Positions 45,757 through 55,946 are shown, counted from the stretch's first letter. The stretch: 56,916 nt of DNA from a virus (IMGVR_UViG_3300006754_000019:1-56916); one strand, 5' to 3'. Numbers and translations: made by a program. The notes: generated by a model from the letters alone, not told the origin.

Positions 45757-47062
45757 GAACGCTTACAAACTACTGCATGAAGGAACACTGGCTTTCGCAG
45801 ACATGGAGTACAACGGCATCAAGGTAGATGTTAGGTACTGTAGGAGACAGAAGAAGAATATAAACCAACAGATAGAGTTGTTAGAATTGGAACTAGACAG
45901 GACTGAAGAAATGAAGGTATGGAGGAAAAGGTACAAGGATGATTTTAACCTAGATTCCACAGACCAGCTGAAGAAAGTTCTATTTACTGATTTAAAGATT
46001 ACCCCTCCAGCTTATACTGACAAAGGCAATCCCTCTGTTAATAAAGATAATCTGAATCTTATTGATTCACCTATAGTAGAACCGTTAATTAAATTAAGAC
46101 AGCTGAAAAAACTGAATAATACTTATCTGAAGAACATCATGGAGGAAACAGTTAATGGGTATATTCATCCCTCTTTTAATCTTCACACTGTGCAGACATT
46201 TAGAAGTTCCTGTGATAGACCTAATTTTCAAAACATGCCTATTCGTGACCCATTCATGGGAAAGATTATCAGGACAGCTTTCATACCTAGGGAAAATAGT
46301 ATCATAGGAGGACTAGACTATGCAGGGATAGAGTTGTCAATGGCTGGATGTAATAGCAAAGACCCTCTATTGATTAAGGATTATATTACAATACACAAGA
46401 CTCAAGCAGCTAGATGTTTTGCATTGAAGGAGAAGCAAGTAACAAAGGATATCAGGTACTACGGAAAGAATGGATTTGTGTTCCCACAACTCTATGGGAG
46501 TTGGAATGTGCCGATAGCAGAAAACCTATTGAGGATAACTAAAGGGATGCAGACCGTAGATAACTTAGACCTATATGAACACCTAGAGGCTAAAGGAATC
46601 TCCCACCCAGAGATATTTCAAGACCATATAGAAAATGTAGAAACTAGATTTTGGGAAACTTATTCAGTACATAAGAAATGGCAGGAGGGTTGGATATCTA
46701 ACTACTACAAAAAGGGGTACATAGAGATGTTGACAGGGTTTAGATGTAAAGGCATATTGTCAAAGAACCAACTATTTAATTATGCTAATCAGGGAATAGC
46801 TTTCCATTGCCTCCTATGGAGTATAATACAAATGAATAAGTGGCTAAAGAAGTATAAGATGAAAAGTAAATTGATTTGGAACATCCACGATGACATGGGG
46901 CTTGATATTCACAACACAGAAAAAGAGGACGTACTGCAAAAAGCAAAGGAGATAATGTGTATAGAGATTAAGAAAGCATGGAAGTGGATTATTACTCCGT
47001 TGGAGATAGAGGCTGAATTTTCTAACAAGAATTGGTATGAAAAGGAGAAAGTGAAGATATGA
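45749..47062 (+). CDS. polA: Family A DNA polymerase, polymerase domain
   Basis: PNFQNMP, DYAGIEL (motif A), R...K...F...YG (motif B), IHDD (motif C). Confidence 0.92.
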   Translation: MNKNAYKLLHEGTLAFADMEYNGIKVDVRYCRRQKKNINQQIELLELELDRTEEMKVWRKRYKDDFNLDSTDQLKKVLFTDLKITPPAYTDKGNPSVNKDNLNLIDSPIVEPLIKLRQLKKLNNTYLKNIMEETVNGYIHPSFNLHTVQTFRSSCDRPNFQNMPIRDPFMGKIIRTAFIPRENSIIGGLDYAGIELSMAGCNSKDPLLIKDYITIHKTQAARCFALKEKQVTKDIRYYGKNGFVFPQLYGSWNVPIAENLLRITKGMQTVDNLDLYEHLEAKGISHPEIFQDHIENVETRFWETYSVHKKWQEGWISNYYKKGYIEMLTGFRCKGILSKNQLFNYANQGIAFHCLLWSIIQMNKWLKKYKMKSKLIWNIHDDMGLDIHNTEKEDVLQKAKEIMCIEIKKAWKWIITPLEIEAEFSNKNWYEKEKVKI

Positions 47063-47141
47063 GTGTTCGTATGGCTAAAATGATATTTGTACAGTGCGAT
47101 GGAGATGATGGTGTTCCTTATGAATTAATGGAGGGAAATTA

Positions 47142-48056
47142 ATGAGTTTACATATTCAATACAGACCTGATACGTTGGAGGAAATAGTAGGGAACAAGTC
47201 TACAGTGAAAGCCCTTACTGCCATATTAGAAAGAGATAGGGAGGACATTCCACATACTTTCCTCTTTCATGGTGCTTCAGGCTGTGGTAAAACTACGTTT
47301 GCTAGAATCATTGCTAATCATCTAGGATGTACTGGGGCTGACTTCGTAGAGATAAATGCAGGGAACAACAGAGGGATAGAAACTGCAAGAACCATTTTAA
47401 AGACGATCAACTACAAACCTTTAAGTAGAGGGGTAAAAGTAATATTGTTAGATGAAGTACATGCTACAACTAAAGACTTCCAAAACGCATTAATCAAACC
47501 GTTGGAGGATACACCAGAACATGTTTACTTTATCTTATGCACTACCAATCCCTCTAAGCTGTTGAAGACAGTTATAAATAGATGTACTTCTTTTGAAGTT
47601 AAGAAACTGTCTGTTACCCTCCTTTCAGAATTAATAGAGGGGGTACTGAATGAAGAAGATAAAGAAGTAGAAGAAGAGATGATAGAACTGATGGCTACCA
47701 AGGCTGATGGATGTCCCAGACAGGTTTTAGTCCTCCTTGACCAAGTGATAGATTTGAAACCTAAAGAACAGAAGAGGGCTGTACAGGCATTTGTCACAGA
47801 GGAAGAAAAGATAATAGACCTTTGTAGATTGTTGTTGAATAAGAATAGTAAATGGGATAAGGTAGCTAAGATATTAAAAGGATTGAAGGAAGACCCAGAG
47901 GGTATCAGGTGGGCACTCCTTACCTATATGAACAAGGTACTGCTAGACAAAGAGAATACACAAGCCTCCATCGTCATTAGTTATTTTGAGGAACCATTCT
48001 TCAATTCAGGAAACGCTGGACTTACTCTAGCATGTCTAAAATGTTTAGAAAAATAA
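47142..48056 (+). CDS. Clamp-loader AAA+ ATPase (DnaX/RFC-like)
   Basis: YRP, GASGCGKTT, LLDEVH, NALIKPLE, NRC. Confidence 0.88.
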   Translation: MSLHIQYRPDTLEEIVGNKSTVKALTAILERDREDIPHTFLFHGASGCGKTTFARIIANHLGCTGADFVEINAGNNRGIETARTILKTINYKPLSRGVKVILLDEVHATTKDFQNALIKPLEDTPEHVYFILCTTNPSKLLKTVINRCTSFEVKKLSVTLLSELIEGVLNEEDKEVEEEMIELMATKADGCPRQVLVLLDQVIDLKPKEQKRAVQAFVTEEEKIIDLCRLLLNKNSKWDKVAKILKGLKEDPEGIRWALLTYMNKVLLDKENTQASIVISYFEEPFFNSGNAGLTLACLKCLEK

Positions 48057-48092
48057 TTCAAAAATCAGCTGATTATTCTAATACTGTAGTAG
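48057..48092 (+). promoter_or_regulatory. Second copy of the putative middle promoter
   Basis: TTCAAAAAT-N10-TTCTAATACTGTAGTAG. Confidence 0.65.
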
Positions 48093-48120
48093 GAAAGGTA
48101 TACATTTAATTAAGGAGGGA

Positions 48121-48552
48121 ATGATGGCAAAGAGTAGTGGGTACGAAAAAGACATATTGATTGACAAGAACAATTTAAGTGAACAGTGGGAGAAGCAAGC
48201 TGGTCTTTATCTATACTATGCATTGAAATTGGTAAAAGCAGAAAAGGACAGAAACAATGCGAAGGAGGAAGTAGAAGTTACCAAAGCTAGAGTAGATAAA
48301 ACTATTAGAAAAACTCCAAAAGACTATGGATATGAAAAGGTGACAGAGGCTATTGTTACAAATACTATCTTATTGGATGATGACTACAAGGAGGCTAATA
48401 ATACCTACATAGAAGAATGTTATGAAGTAGGAATATTACAAGCAGTAGTGAGGGCTTTCGATCACAAGAAGAAAGCATTAGAAAACTTAGTAACTTTACA
48501 CATGGGAGGATATAACGCAGAACCTAGAAACAAAACAAGGAGGAGTACATGA
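48121..48552 (+). CDS. UvsY-like recombination mediator
   Basis: Long helical protein with KVTEAIV...I and AFDHKK.ALENLV; precedes SSB and RecA. Confidence 0.6.
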   Translation: MMAKSSGYEKDILIDKNNLSEQWEKQAGLYLYYALKLVKAEKDRNNAKEEVEVTKARVDKTIRKTPKDYGYEKVTEAIVTNTILLDDDYKEANNTYIEECYEVGILQAVVRAFDHKKKALENLVTLHMGGYNAEPRNKTRRST

Positions 48553-48666
48553 ATGACAAAATATTTTATATATGTGTATATGCATTTACATTTGGGGCTG
48601 TACTCGTAATACTTCCCTCCACATGTAGATTCATAATTCAAACCTATTTTAAAGAAAGGAAGAAAC

Positions 48667-49836
48667 ATGACTAAGAAAAATACAAGTTTTGCAGATCGTC
48701 AAAGAAGGAGAAGTGAGCAGGGAGATGCAACTGGTGGACAAAGAAAGTCTGCTTTAAATTTCGACAAACTGAAAAAGGATAATGGACTAGACGAGATTGA
48801 ATTTTACAAACCTAAGAAGACTAAAGGTAAAGAGAGAAACAGGATTGATATCCTCCCTTGGTTAATATCTGAAGAATGGTATCATAATCTAAGGGAAGTC
48901 AAAGGAATCAACTGTGACGTAGAGGTAGGCGAGCCTGAAGGTGCTTTGATTATTCCTGTACATTATGATGTAGGTATAGGAGGGGATACTGTTCTTTGCT
49001 TATCTAATGCCTTTGGAGGGAAGTGTGTTATCTGTGATAAAATGTTTGATCTAATGGATAATGATAAAATTAAGCATGAGAAGCAGATTAATAAACTAAG
49101 GGCTAAGTGGAGATGTTTCTACAGTGTGTTCGATCATGAGGACGAAGAATACGAAGGAATCAAATTATGGGATATGAGTTTCCATAACTTTGAAAAGCAT
49201 GTTAGGAGGGAAAGTAGGGATAGTGATGAGGGAAGTGTTCCTTATGCTAGTCTAGACGTAGGTAAGATCATCTCCTTTAAGGGGATAGAGGATAGCATGG
49301 GTAAGATTAAATTCATTAAAGCTGAGTCTATAGAATTTGAAGACAGGGATGATGAGTATGACGAAGACGTAATGGAGAGTACCTTTAAACTAGATGCTGC
49401 TTTGATTATCCCTACACCTGAAGCTGTCAAGAAGATGTTCTACCATGAAGAAGAACCAGAAGAAGGGGAAGACGTAGAGGAAGAAGAAGTGGATGAAGAA
49501 GAAGCCCCTAAGAAGGAAAAGAAGAAGAAAGATGAACTTCCTGAAGAATTTGAGGAAGAAGAGGAAGACGATGATGAAGAAGACGATGATGAAGAAGACG
49601 ATGATGAAGAAGACGATGATGGAGATGATGAAGAAGTAACAGAGTGTCCAGAAGATCATGAGTTCGGTAAAGACTACGACAAAGAGGAAGACTGCGAAGA
49701 TTGCGATCAGAAAGTTTACGATGCCTGTGAGAAGGCAAAGAAAGCTATGAAGAAGTCTAAGAAGAAAGCTAATAAGTTTGCGAAGGAGACTAAGGAGAAG
49801 AAGGGTAAAAAGAAAAAATCATTTGCAAGGAAATAA
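48667..49836 (+). CDS. Single-stranded DNA-binding protein (T4 gp32-like) with long acidic tail
   Basis: VHY...LC......KC.IC; EEDDD tandem repeats at 49564-49620. Confidence 0.7.
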   Translation: MTKKNTSFADRQRRRSEQGDATGGQRKSALNFDKLKKDNGLDEIEFYKPKKTKGKERNRIDILPWLISEEWYHNLREVKGINCDVEVGEPEGALIIPVHYDVGIGGDTVLCLSNAFGGKCVICDKMFDLMDNDKIKHEKQINKLRAKWRCFYSVFDHEDEEYEGIKLWDMSFHNFEKHVRRESRDSDEGSVPYASLDVGKIISFKGIEDSMGKIKFIKAESIEFEDRDDEYDEDVMESTFKLDAALIIPTPEAVKKMFYHEEEPEEGEDVEEEEVDEEEAPKKEKKKKDELPEEFEEEEEDDDEEDDDEEDDDEEDDDGDDEEVTECPEDHEFGKDYDKEEDCEDCDQKVYDACEKAKKAMKKSKKKANKFAKETKEKKGKKKKSFARK

Positions 49837-49842
49837 ATTAAA

Positions 49843-50034
49843 ATGAATAAACAAACTATTACTACACAACAAGCCGTTGATGAATACCGTAAGGCAGGGC
49901 TTGGAGATATATCTATCCAAACCATAAAAGTCTGGTTGTATAAAAAGATTATAGTAGGTAGAAAGATAGCTGGAAGGTGGCACATTGACAGGAATAAATT
50001 TATAGCATTTTTAAAGGTGGAGGATGGGCAATGA
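49843..50034 (+). CDS. Small HTH (excisionase-like) DNA-binding protein
   Basis: TI..WL......GRKIAGRWHID. Confidence 0.65.
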   Translation: MNKQTITTQQAVDEYRKAGLGDISIQTIKVWLYKKIIVGRKIAGRWHIDRNKFIAFLKVEDGQ

Positions 50035-51083
50035 AAAAATCTTTTAAACGGTCTAGATCAACAACGGTAAGTGAAGTAGAGAATAGGGAACGAAAGGAGG
50101 GTAAGGCAGACAGGGTAGAGTTCCTGTCTACTGGTTCTACATTACTAAATCTTGCTGCTAGTGGCAAAGCTAGAAAAGGTGGATGGGCAAGGGGGAGGAT
50201 TATTAATCTAGTGGGGGACGGTAGCTCTGGTAAGACCCTCCTTGCTCTTGAAGCCTGTGCTCAAGCTTTCTACAATATTCAAAAGAGAAAGAGTAAGTTG
50301 TATCCCAAAGTAAAGAAGGTGACTATTGTATACAACAACAAAGAGGGGGTAATGGATTTCCCCATAGAAGAAATGTATGGAGAGAAGTTTGTTGAAGGGT
50401 TAGAGTGGATATCGTCTACTACTTGTGAAGAATTTGGTAGAGACTATCAAAGGAGGGTTAAGAATTTAAAAGAAGGGGAGTTCCTGTTGTATGTAGTTGA
50501 TTCCCTCGACTCCCTTGATTCCAGTGCAGGGTTAAAGCGTGTTGAAAAGAGTATAAAGACTAACAATGACATTGAGGGAAATTATGGAATGGAGAAGGCT
50601 AAGTACTTCTCTAATGCTTTCTTTAGTCACTTGTGTAGTTCTATGAAAGATAAAGATGCTACCCTGATATGTATTAGTCAAGTGAGGGATAATATTAATG
50701 CTGGGTTGTTTGGAGAGAAGCATAGAAGGGTGGGAGGTAAAGCCTTAGACTTTTACACTCATCAAGTATGTTGGTTGGCTAGGAGACATAAACTAAAGAA
50801 GACAGTTAAGAAACAGGAAAGGGTTTATGGAGTAACACTTAAAGCAATGTTCAAGAGGAACAAGACTGCCAAGCCTTTTAGGGATGCTGAGTTTGATATT
50901 CTCTTTGACTATGGAATAGATGACATGGGAAGTATAGTCAAATATAGAGGGTGGGAGGAAGAAGAACTAAAAGTCATGGAAGCTGACCCTGAACACTATA
51001 AAGAAGTAGTTGATAAGATAGAGGAAGATTGGCAAGACATAGAGAAAGCAATTAAACCTGATAGGATAGGGAGGTTTGAGTGA
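50031..51083 (+). CDS. recA: RecA/UvsX-like recombinase
   Basis: STGS..LN, GDGSSGKT, VVDS, ISQVRD, GGKALDFY. Confidence 0.92.
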   Translation: MKKSFKRSRSTTVSEVENRERKEGKADRVEFLSTGSTLLNLAASGKARKGGWARGRIINLVGDGSSGKTLLALEACAQAFYNIQKRKSKLYPKVKKVTIVYNNKEGVMDFPIEEMYGEKFVEGLEWISSTTCEEFGRDYQRRVKNLKEGEFLLYVVDSLDSLDSSAGLKRVEKSIKTNNDIEGNYGMEKAKYFSNAFFSHLCSSMKDKDATLICISQVRDNINAGLFGEKHRRVGGKALDFYTHQVCWLARRHKLKKTVKKQERVYGVTLKAMFKRNKTAKPFRDAEFDILFDYGIDDMGSIVKYRGWEEEELKVMEADPEHYKEVVDKIEEDWQDIEKAIKPDRIGRFE

Positions 51084-51568
51084 TCTATATTGGAATTGAC
51101 AATGGGGTGACTGGGAGTATAGGAATAATAAATGATAGAGAAGCTTACTTCTTTAAAACTCCATGCTTCAAAGAACAAAACTATACTAAAGTAAAAGGAA
51201 ACATCTCTAGGATAGATCATCATAGATTAGGAGAATTATTAACAGATCGTATATATCAGTATGCTAAAGTATATCTAGAAAGACCAATGGTAAATCCTAT
51301 GAGATTCAAAGCAACTGTTAGTGCATTGAGGGCTTTGGAATCTACTTTGATAGTGGTGGAGACTTTAAAAATTCCTCATGAATATGTTGACTCAAAGGAA
51401 TGGCAGAAGGAGTTGTTACCTAAAGGAGTGAAGGGATCACCTGAGTTGAAGAAAGCCTCCCTTGATATAGGATGTAGATTGTTCCCTAAGTTGAAAGAAG
51501 AAATAGTGAATCATGGAGATGCAGATGGATTGTTAATAGCTGAATATCTAAGAAGGCAGAATAGATGA
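51080..51568 (+). CDS. RuvC-like Holliday junction resolvase
   Basis: IGIDNGVTG, YLE, WQK, DADGLLIA. Confidence 0.8.
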   Translation: MIYIGIDNGVTGSIGIINDREAYFFKTPCFKEQNYTKVKGNISRIDHHRLGELLTDRIYQYAKVYLERPMVNPMRFKATVSALRALESTLIVVETLKIPHEYVDSKEWQKELLPKGVKGSPELKKASLDIGCRLFPKLKEEIVNHGDADGLLIAEYLRRQNR

Positions 51569-52461
51569 TTAACTCCCTGACTATACAAAACTTTCAGAGT
51601 CATAAGAAAACTGAACTGGTCTTTGATAACGGTATTAATATTATCATTGGTCAATCAGATTCAGGGAAGTCTGCCATTCTTAGAGCCTTGAACTGGGTGA
51701 TTAATAATAAACCTAGTGGAGAAGCTTTCAGAAGTAGTTGGGGAGGGGAGACTGAAGTAAACATATGCTTAGATGATAATCAAATACACAGAATCAAAGG
51801 AAAAGAAAACTCTTATCTAATGGATGTAGCTGATTTCAAATCATTTGGACAAGATGTACCAGAAGAAATAAAACAACAAATAAACTTCTCCCCTTTAAAC
51901 ATGGCTGGGCAATTTGATTCTCCTTTCCTCCTAGCTATGTCAGGGGGGGAGGTTGCTAGATACCTGAACAAGATAGTTCATCTTGACGTAATTGATAAAT
52001 CACTTTCTAATATAGGGAGGGTATTGACAAAAGAAAAGACTGATCTGAAGTACAAAGAGGAAGAATATAAAAATGCTAAGGAGAAGGAGAAGGAATTTGA
52101 TTGGTTAGATGAAGCAGAGGGCTGTCTGGTAAAATTGGAATTGTTTGAGAATAATTTAAGACAAAGGAATATGGATTGTTCTAGATTAGCTTTTCAATTA
52201 AGCTGTATAAAAGAAGCATATGAAAAGCTAGATGAACTCCCTGATCTGAGTGATTATGAAATACAAGTCACAGATTTAATATATAGTCAGAAAAAGATTC
52301 ATTATAAGAAAGAGAAGATAGATAAGTTTAATAATTGTGTAGAAAATATATTGGTCAAGGAGGGACAAATTAGAATAATAGAAAAAGACTTAGGGAGTTG
52401 GGAAGCCCAATTTGAAGCAACGATGCCCCAACAATGTCCTTTGTGTGGGAGGGGAGAGTGA
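51565..52461 (+). CDS. SbcC/Rad50 N-terminal half (Walker A to zinc hook)
   Basis: NFQSH, GQSDSGKS, coiled coil, ends at CPLCG. Confidence 0.85.
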   Translation: MINSLTIQNFQSHKKTELVFDNGINIIIGQSDSGKSAILRALNWVINNKPSGEAFRSSWGGETEVNICLDDNQIHRIKGKENSYLMDVADFKSFGQDVPEEIKQQINFSPLNMAGQFDSPFLLAMSGGEVARYLNKIVHLDVIDKSLSNIGRVLTKEKTDLKYKEEEYKNAKEKEKEFDWLDEAEGCLVKLELFENNLRQRNMDCSRLAFQLSCIKEAYEKLDELPDLSDYEIQVTDLIYSQKKIHYKKEKIDKFNNCVENILVKEGQIRIIEKDLGSWEAQFEATMPQQCPLCGRGE

Positions 52462-53393
52462 TGAAAAGAAAAAATAGAAAGAAAAGTAGCGTAACTGCAA
52501 TTTTGTCTTCTGATTGGCACATTAGAGGTGACAGACCAGTTTGCAGAACTGATGACTATATGGAGGCACAAAGAAAGAAGATTACATTCATATTAAATCT
52601 TGCCAAAGATAATTCTTGCCCTATCCTAGTTGCTGGAGACTTCGGACACAAACCTATGTGGGGAGATAGACTACTTAATTACTTTATAGATATATTAAAT
52701 GACTTTCAAGATGTAGTAATATATGTAGTAGTAGGACAACATGACCTCCCTAACCACAGACTTGATAAGTGGAAAGAGGCAGGGTTGGGAGTATTGGACA
52801 AACAATATGGAAAAGATTTTGAAGTGATTGTGAAACCTACCAGAGCTAATGACTTTATTATCTTTCCTTTTCATTATTCAAATAATATAATAAAGTTGGA
52901 ACAAGAAACAACAGATAGAACTACAGCCCTCCTGCACACAATGGTAATTAAATCACAGAAGGAGAAGCTATGGCATGACCAAGTAGCTCACTCTGCTAAG
53001 TGGTACTTGAGGAAGTTCCCTTGCTATGATTTAATTGTATCAGGGGACAATCACCAAAGTTTTGCAATAGAGTATGAGGGGAGATGGTTGGTGAATGCTG
53101 GAAGCTTGATGAGGATGACAGCAAACCAAATTGAACACAAACCCTCTGTCTATCTATGGTATGCTGAGGACAATTCAATAGAAAGGATATATCTACCGAT
53201 AGAAGAGAACGTAGTTAGTAGGCAACATATAGCAGAAGGTCAGCAGAGGAACGAGAGAATAGAAGCATATATAAATAGGTTAAAAGAAACAGAGGAGCTA
53301 GGGCTCAGCTATGAGAGTAATATGAAAGAGTTCTTTAAAACAAATAGGACAAGGAGAAAAATAATGTTGAAGGTATGGGAGAGTATGAAATGA
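52461..53393 (+). CDS. SbcD/Mre11-like nuclease
   Basis: SDWH, AGD, GQHD, GDNH, NAGS motifs. Confidence 0.88.
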   Translation: MKRKNRKKSSVTAILSSDWHIRGDRPVCRTDDYMEAQRKKITFILNLAKDNSCPILVAGDFGHKPMWGDRLLNYFIDILNDFQDVVIYVVVGQHDLPNHRLDKWKEAGLGVLDKQYGKDFEVIVKPTRANDFIIFPFHYSNNIIKLEQETTDRTTALLHTMVIKSQKEKLWHDQVAHSAKWYLRKFPCYDLIVSGDNHQSFAIEYEGRWLVNAGSLMRMTANQIEHKPSVYLWYAEDNSIERIYLPIEENVVSRQHIAEGQQRNERIEAYINRLKETEELGLSYESNMKEFFKTNRTRRKIMLKVWESMK

Positions 53394-53629
53394 CAGAGAA
53401 ACTTGAACAAACACTCCTTGACCTAAAGGAGAAGATAGAACAAGGGAAGGTAAAGAGAAATAAGTTAGAGGGACAGAGGGAAGAAGCCTTAAGCACTTTG
53501 AAGAAAGAGTTCAAGTGTAAGAGTGTAAAAGAAGGAAAGAAAATGCTGAAGAAGATGATAGAAGAAGTGGAGAAGGATTCAAAGGTATTAGAAAAGCAGA
53601 TAGAAAAGTTAACGGAGAAATGTGAATGA
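53390..53629 (+). CDS. Small coiled-coil protein
   Basis: Heptad pattern; lies between the SbcC halves. Confidence 0.6.
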   Translation: MTEKLEQTLLDLKEKIEQGKVKRNKLEGQREEALSTLKKEFKCKSVKEGKKMLKKMIEEVEKDSKVLEKQIEKLTEKCE

Positions 53630-53853
53630 AAATAACAGACATGATATGGTTCAGTACAAATCAGGCTCACACCATTGGAATTATAATGGGCAAGAGTGAT
53701 GTGGATGATACACCAAAAGCACATATTGGATTAGGGAATGGAAAGGATGAGGGAACAGATGCAAAGCTTATAGCAGATCATGGAGTAGAGATTACCAAAG
53801 TGATGGCACAGGATTTGTCTAAACATTTTAAAGAGAAAGGAAAGAAAATGTAG
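53626..53853 (+). CDS. Hypothetical protein
   Basis: WF...IGI...KAHIG...G.DE..D. Confidence 0.55.
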   Translation: MKITDMIWFSTNQAHTIGIIMGKSDVDDTPKAHIGLGNGKDEGTDAKLIADHGVEITKVMAQDLSKHFKEKGKKM

Positions 53854-54028
53854 AAGGATATTATTTGTGGGGAGTAGAGGAATTCTGTTCAGGACATGCA
53901 TGTGGGCAACCACTTCAATCTAGAAAGGAATTGCGATGGGTGTGTGTGTCCTGAACAACTAAGTTAAACATTGGTTATGGGGTCATTGAGGGCAAGGAAT
54001 CACTTGAGCTTGCAGATAAGGTGGGAGA

Positions 54029-54673
54029 ATGAGTCTGAAGGAGATTAGATCAACAATAGAAAGAAGTAAAGGACAGAGAGACTTAATAGAGTCTACTCTT
54101 GCATTCTTAGAGGGAGAAACTACTTCCTTGACGAAGGAGATTAAGTGTTCTGAAAAGGCACAGGTAATTATCCAAAAGGTGGCACAGGACACACAAAGCC
54201 AATTAGAATATCATATCTCCGACATAGTAACAATGGCTTTAGATACTGTCTTTGACGAGCCTTATAAGTTCAAGGTAAACTTTGTTCTCAAAAGAAACAA
54301 GACTGAATGTGAATTGCTATTTGATAGGGATGGAGAAGAAATCAACCCACTGATAGGTAGCGGAGGAGGTGTGATAGACGTAGCCTCCTTCGCCCTACGG
54401 ATAGCCCTATGGACATTGCAGACTCCCAAGGGTAGGAACACAATTATATTAGACGAGCCATTCAAGTTCTTATCCAAAGACCTACTCCCAAGAGCCTGTA
54501 CTCTTCTTCAGGAACTTAGAAAGAAATTAAATCTTCAATTCATAATTGTAACCCACCTTGACGAACTGGTGGGGTGTGCTGATAAAGTTTTTAATGTAAA
54601 ACTTAAAGAAGGTATCTCACATGTCAAAAATTACTATGTATCACTTTCAAACTCCATGCCGTCTGGGTCGTAA
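54029..54673 (+). CDS. SbcC/Rad50 C-terminal half (signature, Walker B)
   Basis: GSGGG signature, IILDEPF, IIVTH. Confidence 0.88.
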   Translation: MSLKEIRSTIERSKGQRDLIESTLAFLEGETTSLTKEIKCSEKAQVIIQKVAQDTQSQLEYHISDIVTMALDTVFDEPYKFKVNFVLKRNKTECELLFDRDGEEINPLIGSGGGVIDVASFALRIALWTLQTPKGRNTIILDEPFKFLSKDLLPRACTLLQELRKKLNLQFIIVTHLDELVGCADKVFNVKLKEGISHVKNYYVSLSNSMPSGS

Positions 54674-54879
54674 TCAGATAATCCAGCATGATATTTATAC
54701 AATCTATATTTATCACATTCCTTCTTTATCGTATCAGCTATTGCTCTTTCTAAATGTCTCAACATTGGATACCCTGTAGGGATTGTTTCATACTCTCCTT
54801 TTACTTCTATAAGTCCTTTAAACTCTATCCACCAATTATAATTATCTACAACGGTTTCTCTTGGAGGTGGTTCAGTCAT
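54634..54879 (-). CDS. Hypothetical protein, last gene of the convergent minus arm
   Basis: TAATG coupling to the upstream gene. Confidence 0.5.
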   Translation of the reverse strand: MTEPPPRETVVDNYNWWIEFKGLIEVKGEYETIPTGYPMLRHLERAIADTIKKECDKYRLYKYHAGLSDYDPDGMEFESDT

Positions 54880-55775
54880 TATACAATTACCCTCATATCT
54901 AATGTTTTAGGATTAAATTGCAATCTAGGAGTACCTATCTCTGCTCCTGCATATCCTGCTTTCTCTCCATAACATGGACTACCTACTGTATATGTCTTTA
55001 AAAACGAACCTGTCATAAATCCTCTCCTCTTTCTAGTCTCAAGGGTATGAGCACGATTAAAACTCTGGGTAGTAAATGAAGTTACTGGCATTGAATGACC
55101 ATGTGCTACCATAACAACGTCTACTGTATTCCATTCTCGCAATAAGTTTTGTATTCTATTTACTTTCGCTCCATCTGTTCTTCCTGATGTATTCCCATGA
55201 GTAACAAGTACATCAAACGATCTACATCCCTTATTGTATTTCTTCCCCTCCCCATGCGTGAAGGATAGCCTCACTACCGCCATATCATATAACAACCTTA
55301 TCTTTGCCTTTTTATAATTATCAGGCGATACAACAACATTGTCTGCTTGTCTTATGGGAGTCTTTATTTCATTTAGACACTTCCACATATCGTAAAGAAC
55401 ATCATGGTGGTATCTTCTCTTTATGGTCTCTTCGTGATTCCCTCTTAACAAACCGAGACATTTGTGTCTAATAGGAAATAATAATTCACAAACGCTGTCT
55501 ATCTGTTCTTGACAGATGTTATCTATACTCCCATTTCTATATTTCTTTGCCAATGAACGAATATCAAATCTTGGATCACTGAAGTTAATAAACTCTCCAT
55601 AATCTCCCATGCCTATCCAATAAGCATTATCGTCATTTAATACTTCATTTATTACTTTCTTTACTGCTTCTGTATCACTTCCAGCACTGCCTTCATGTAT
55701 GTCGCCTATCCCAAACAACGAGAACCATTCGTCCACTTGTCTTTTACAAGGAATAGATATTTGATTAAACTCCAA
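54879..55775 (-). CDS. Calcineurin-like metallophosphoesterase
   Basis: GDIH, GD, GNHE, THG, HGH motifs. Confidence 0.85.
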   Translation of the reverse strand: MEFNQISIPCKRQVDEWFSLFGIGDIHEGSAGSDTEAVKKVINEVLNDDNAYWIGMGDYGEFINFSDPRFDIRSLAKKYRNGSIDNICQEQIDSVCELLFPIRHKCLGLLRGNHEETIKRRYHHDVLYDMWKCLNEIKTPIRQADNVVVSPDNYKKAKIRLLYDMAVVRLSFTHGEGKKYNKGCRSFDVLVTHGNTSGRTDGAKVNRIQNLLREWNTVDVVMVAHGHSMPVTSFTTQSFNRAHTLETRKRRGFMTGSFLKTYTVGSPCYGEKAGYAGAEIGTPRLQFNPKTLDMRVIV

Positions 55776-55946
55776 TTAAAAGTTAATCCCTTCTACATCT
55801 TTTATATATACCATGTCATCCCCTTGCTCCTCTAAAAGCTTCAAGTATAGATTATCTCCGTAAGCTATCTTCATCTTTCAATTAAGCCCCAACCTTGATT
55901 TTCTTCATCCCATGTATACATTTCATCATCTTTCACTACCCCCCAA

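Noticed and set aside
49564-49620. 15-bp tandem repeat as a regulatory or contingency locus (also Lys-rich repeats near 19430 and 40060)
   Set aside because: In-frame low-complexity coding repeats (EEDDD, KKVKKI, AKKESKP).
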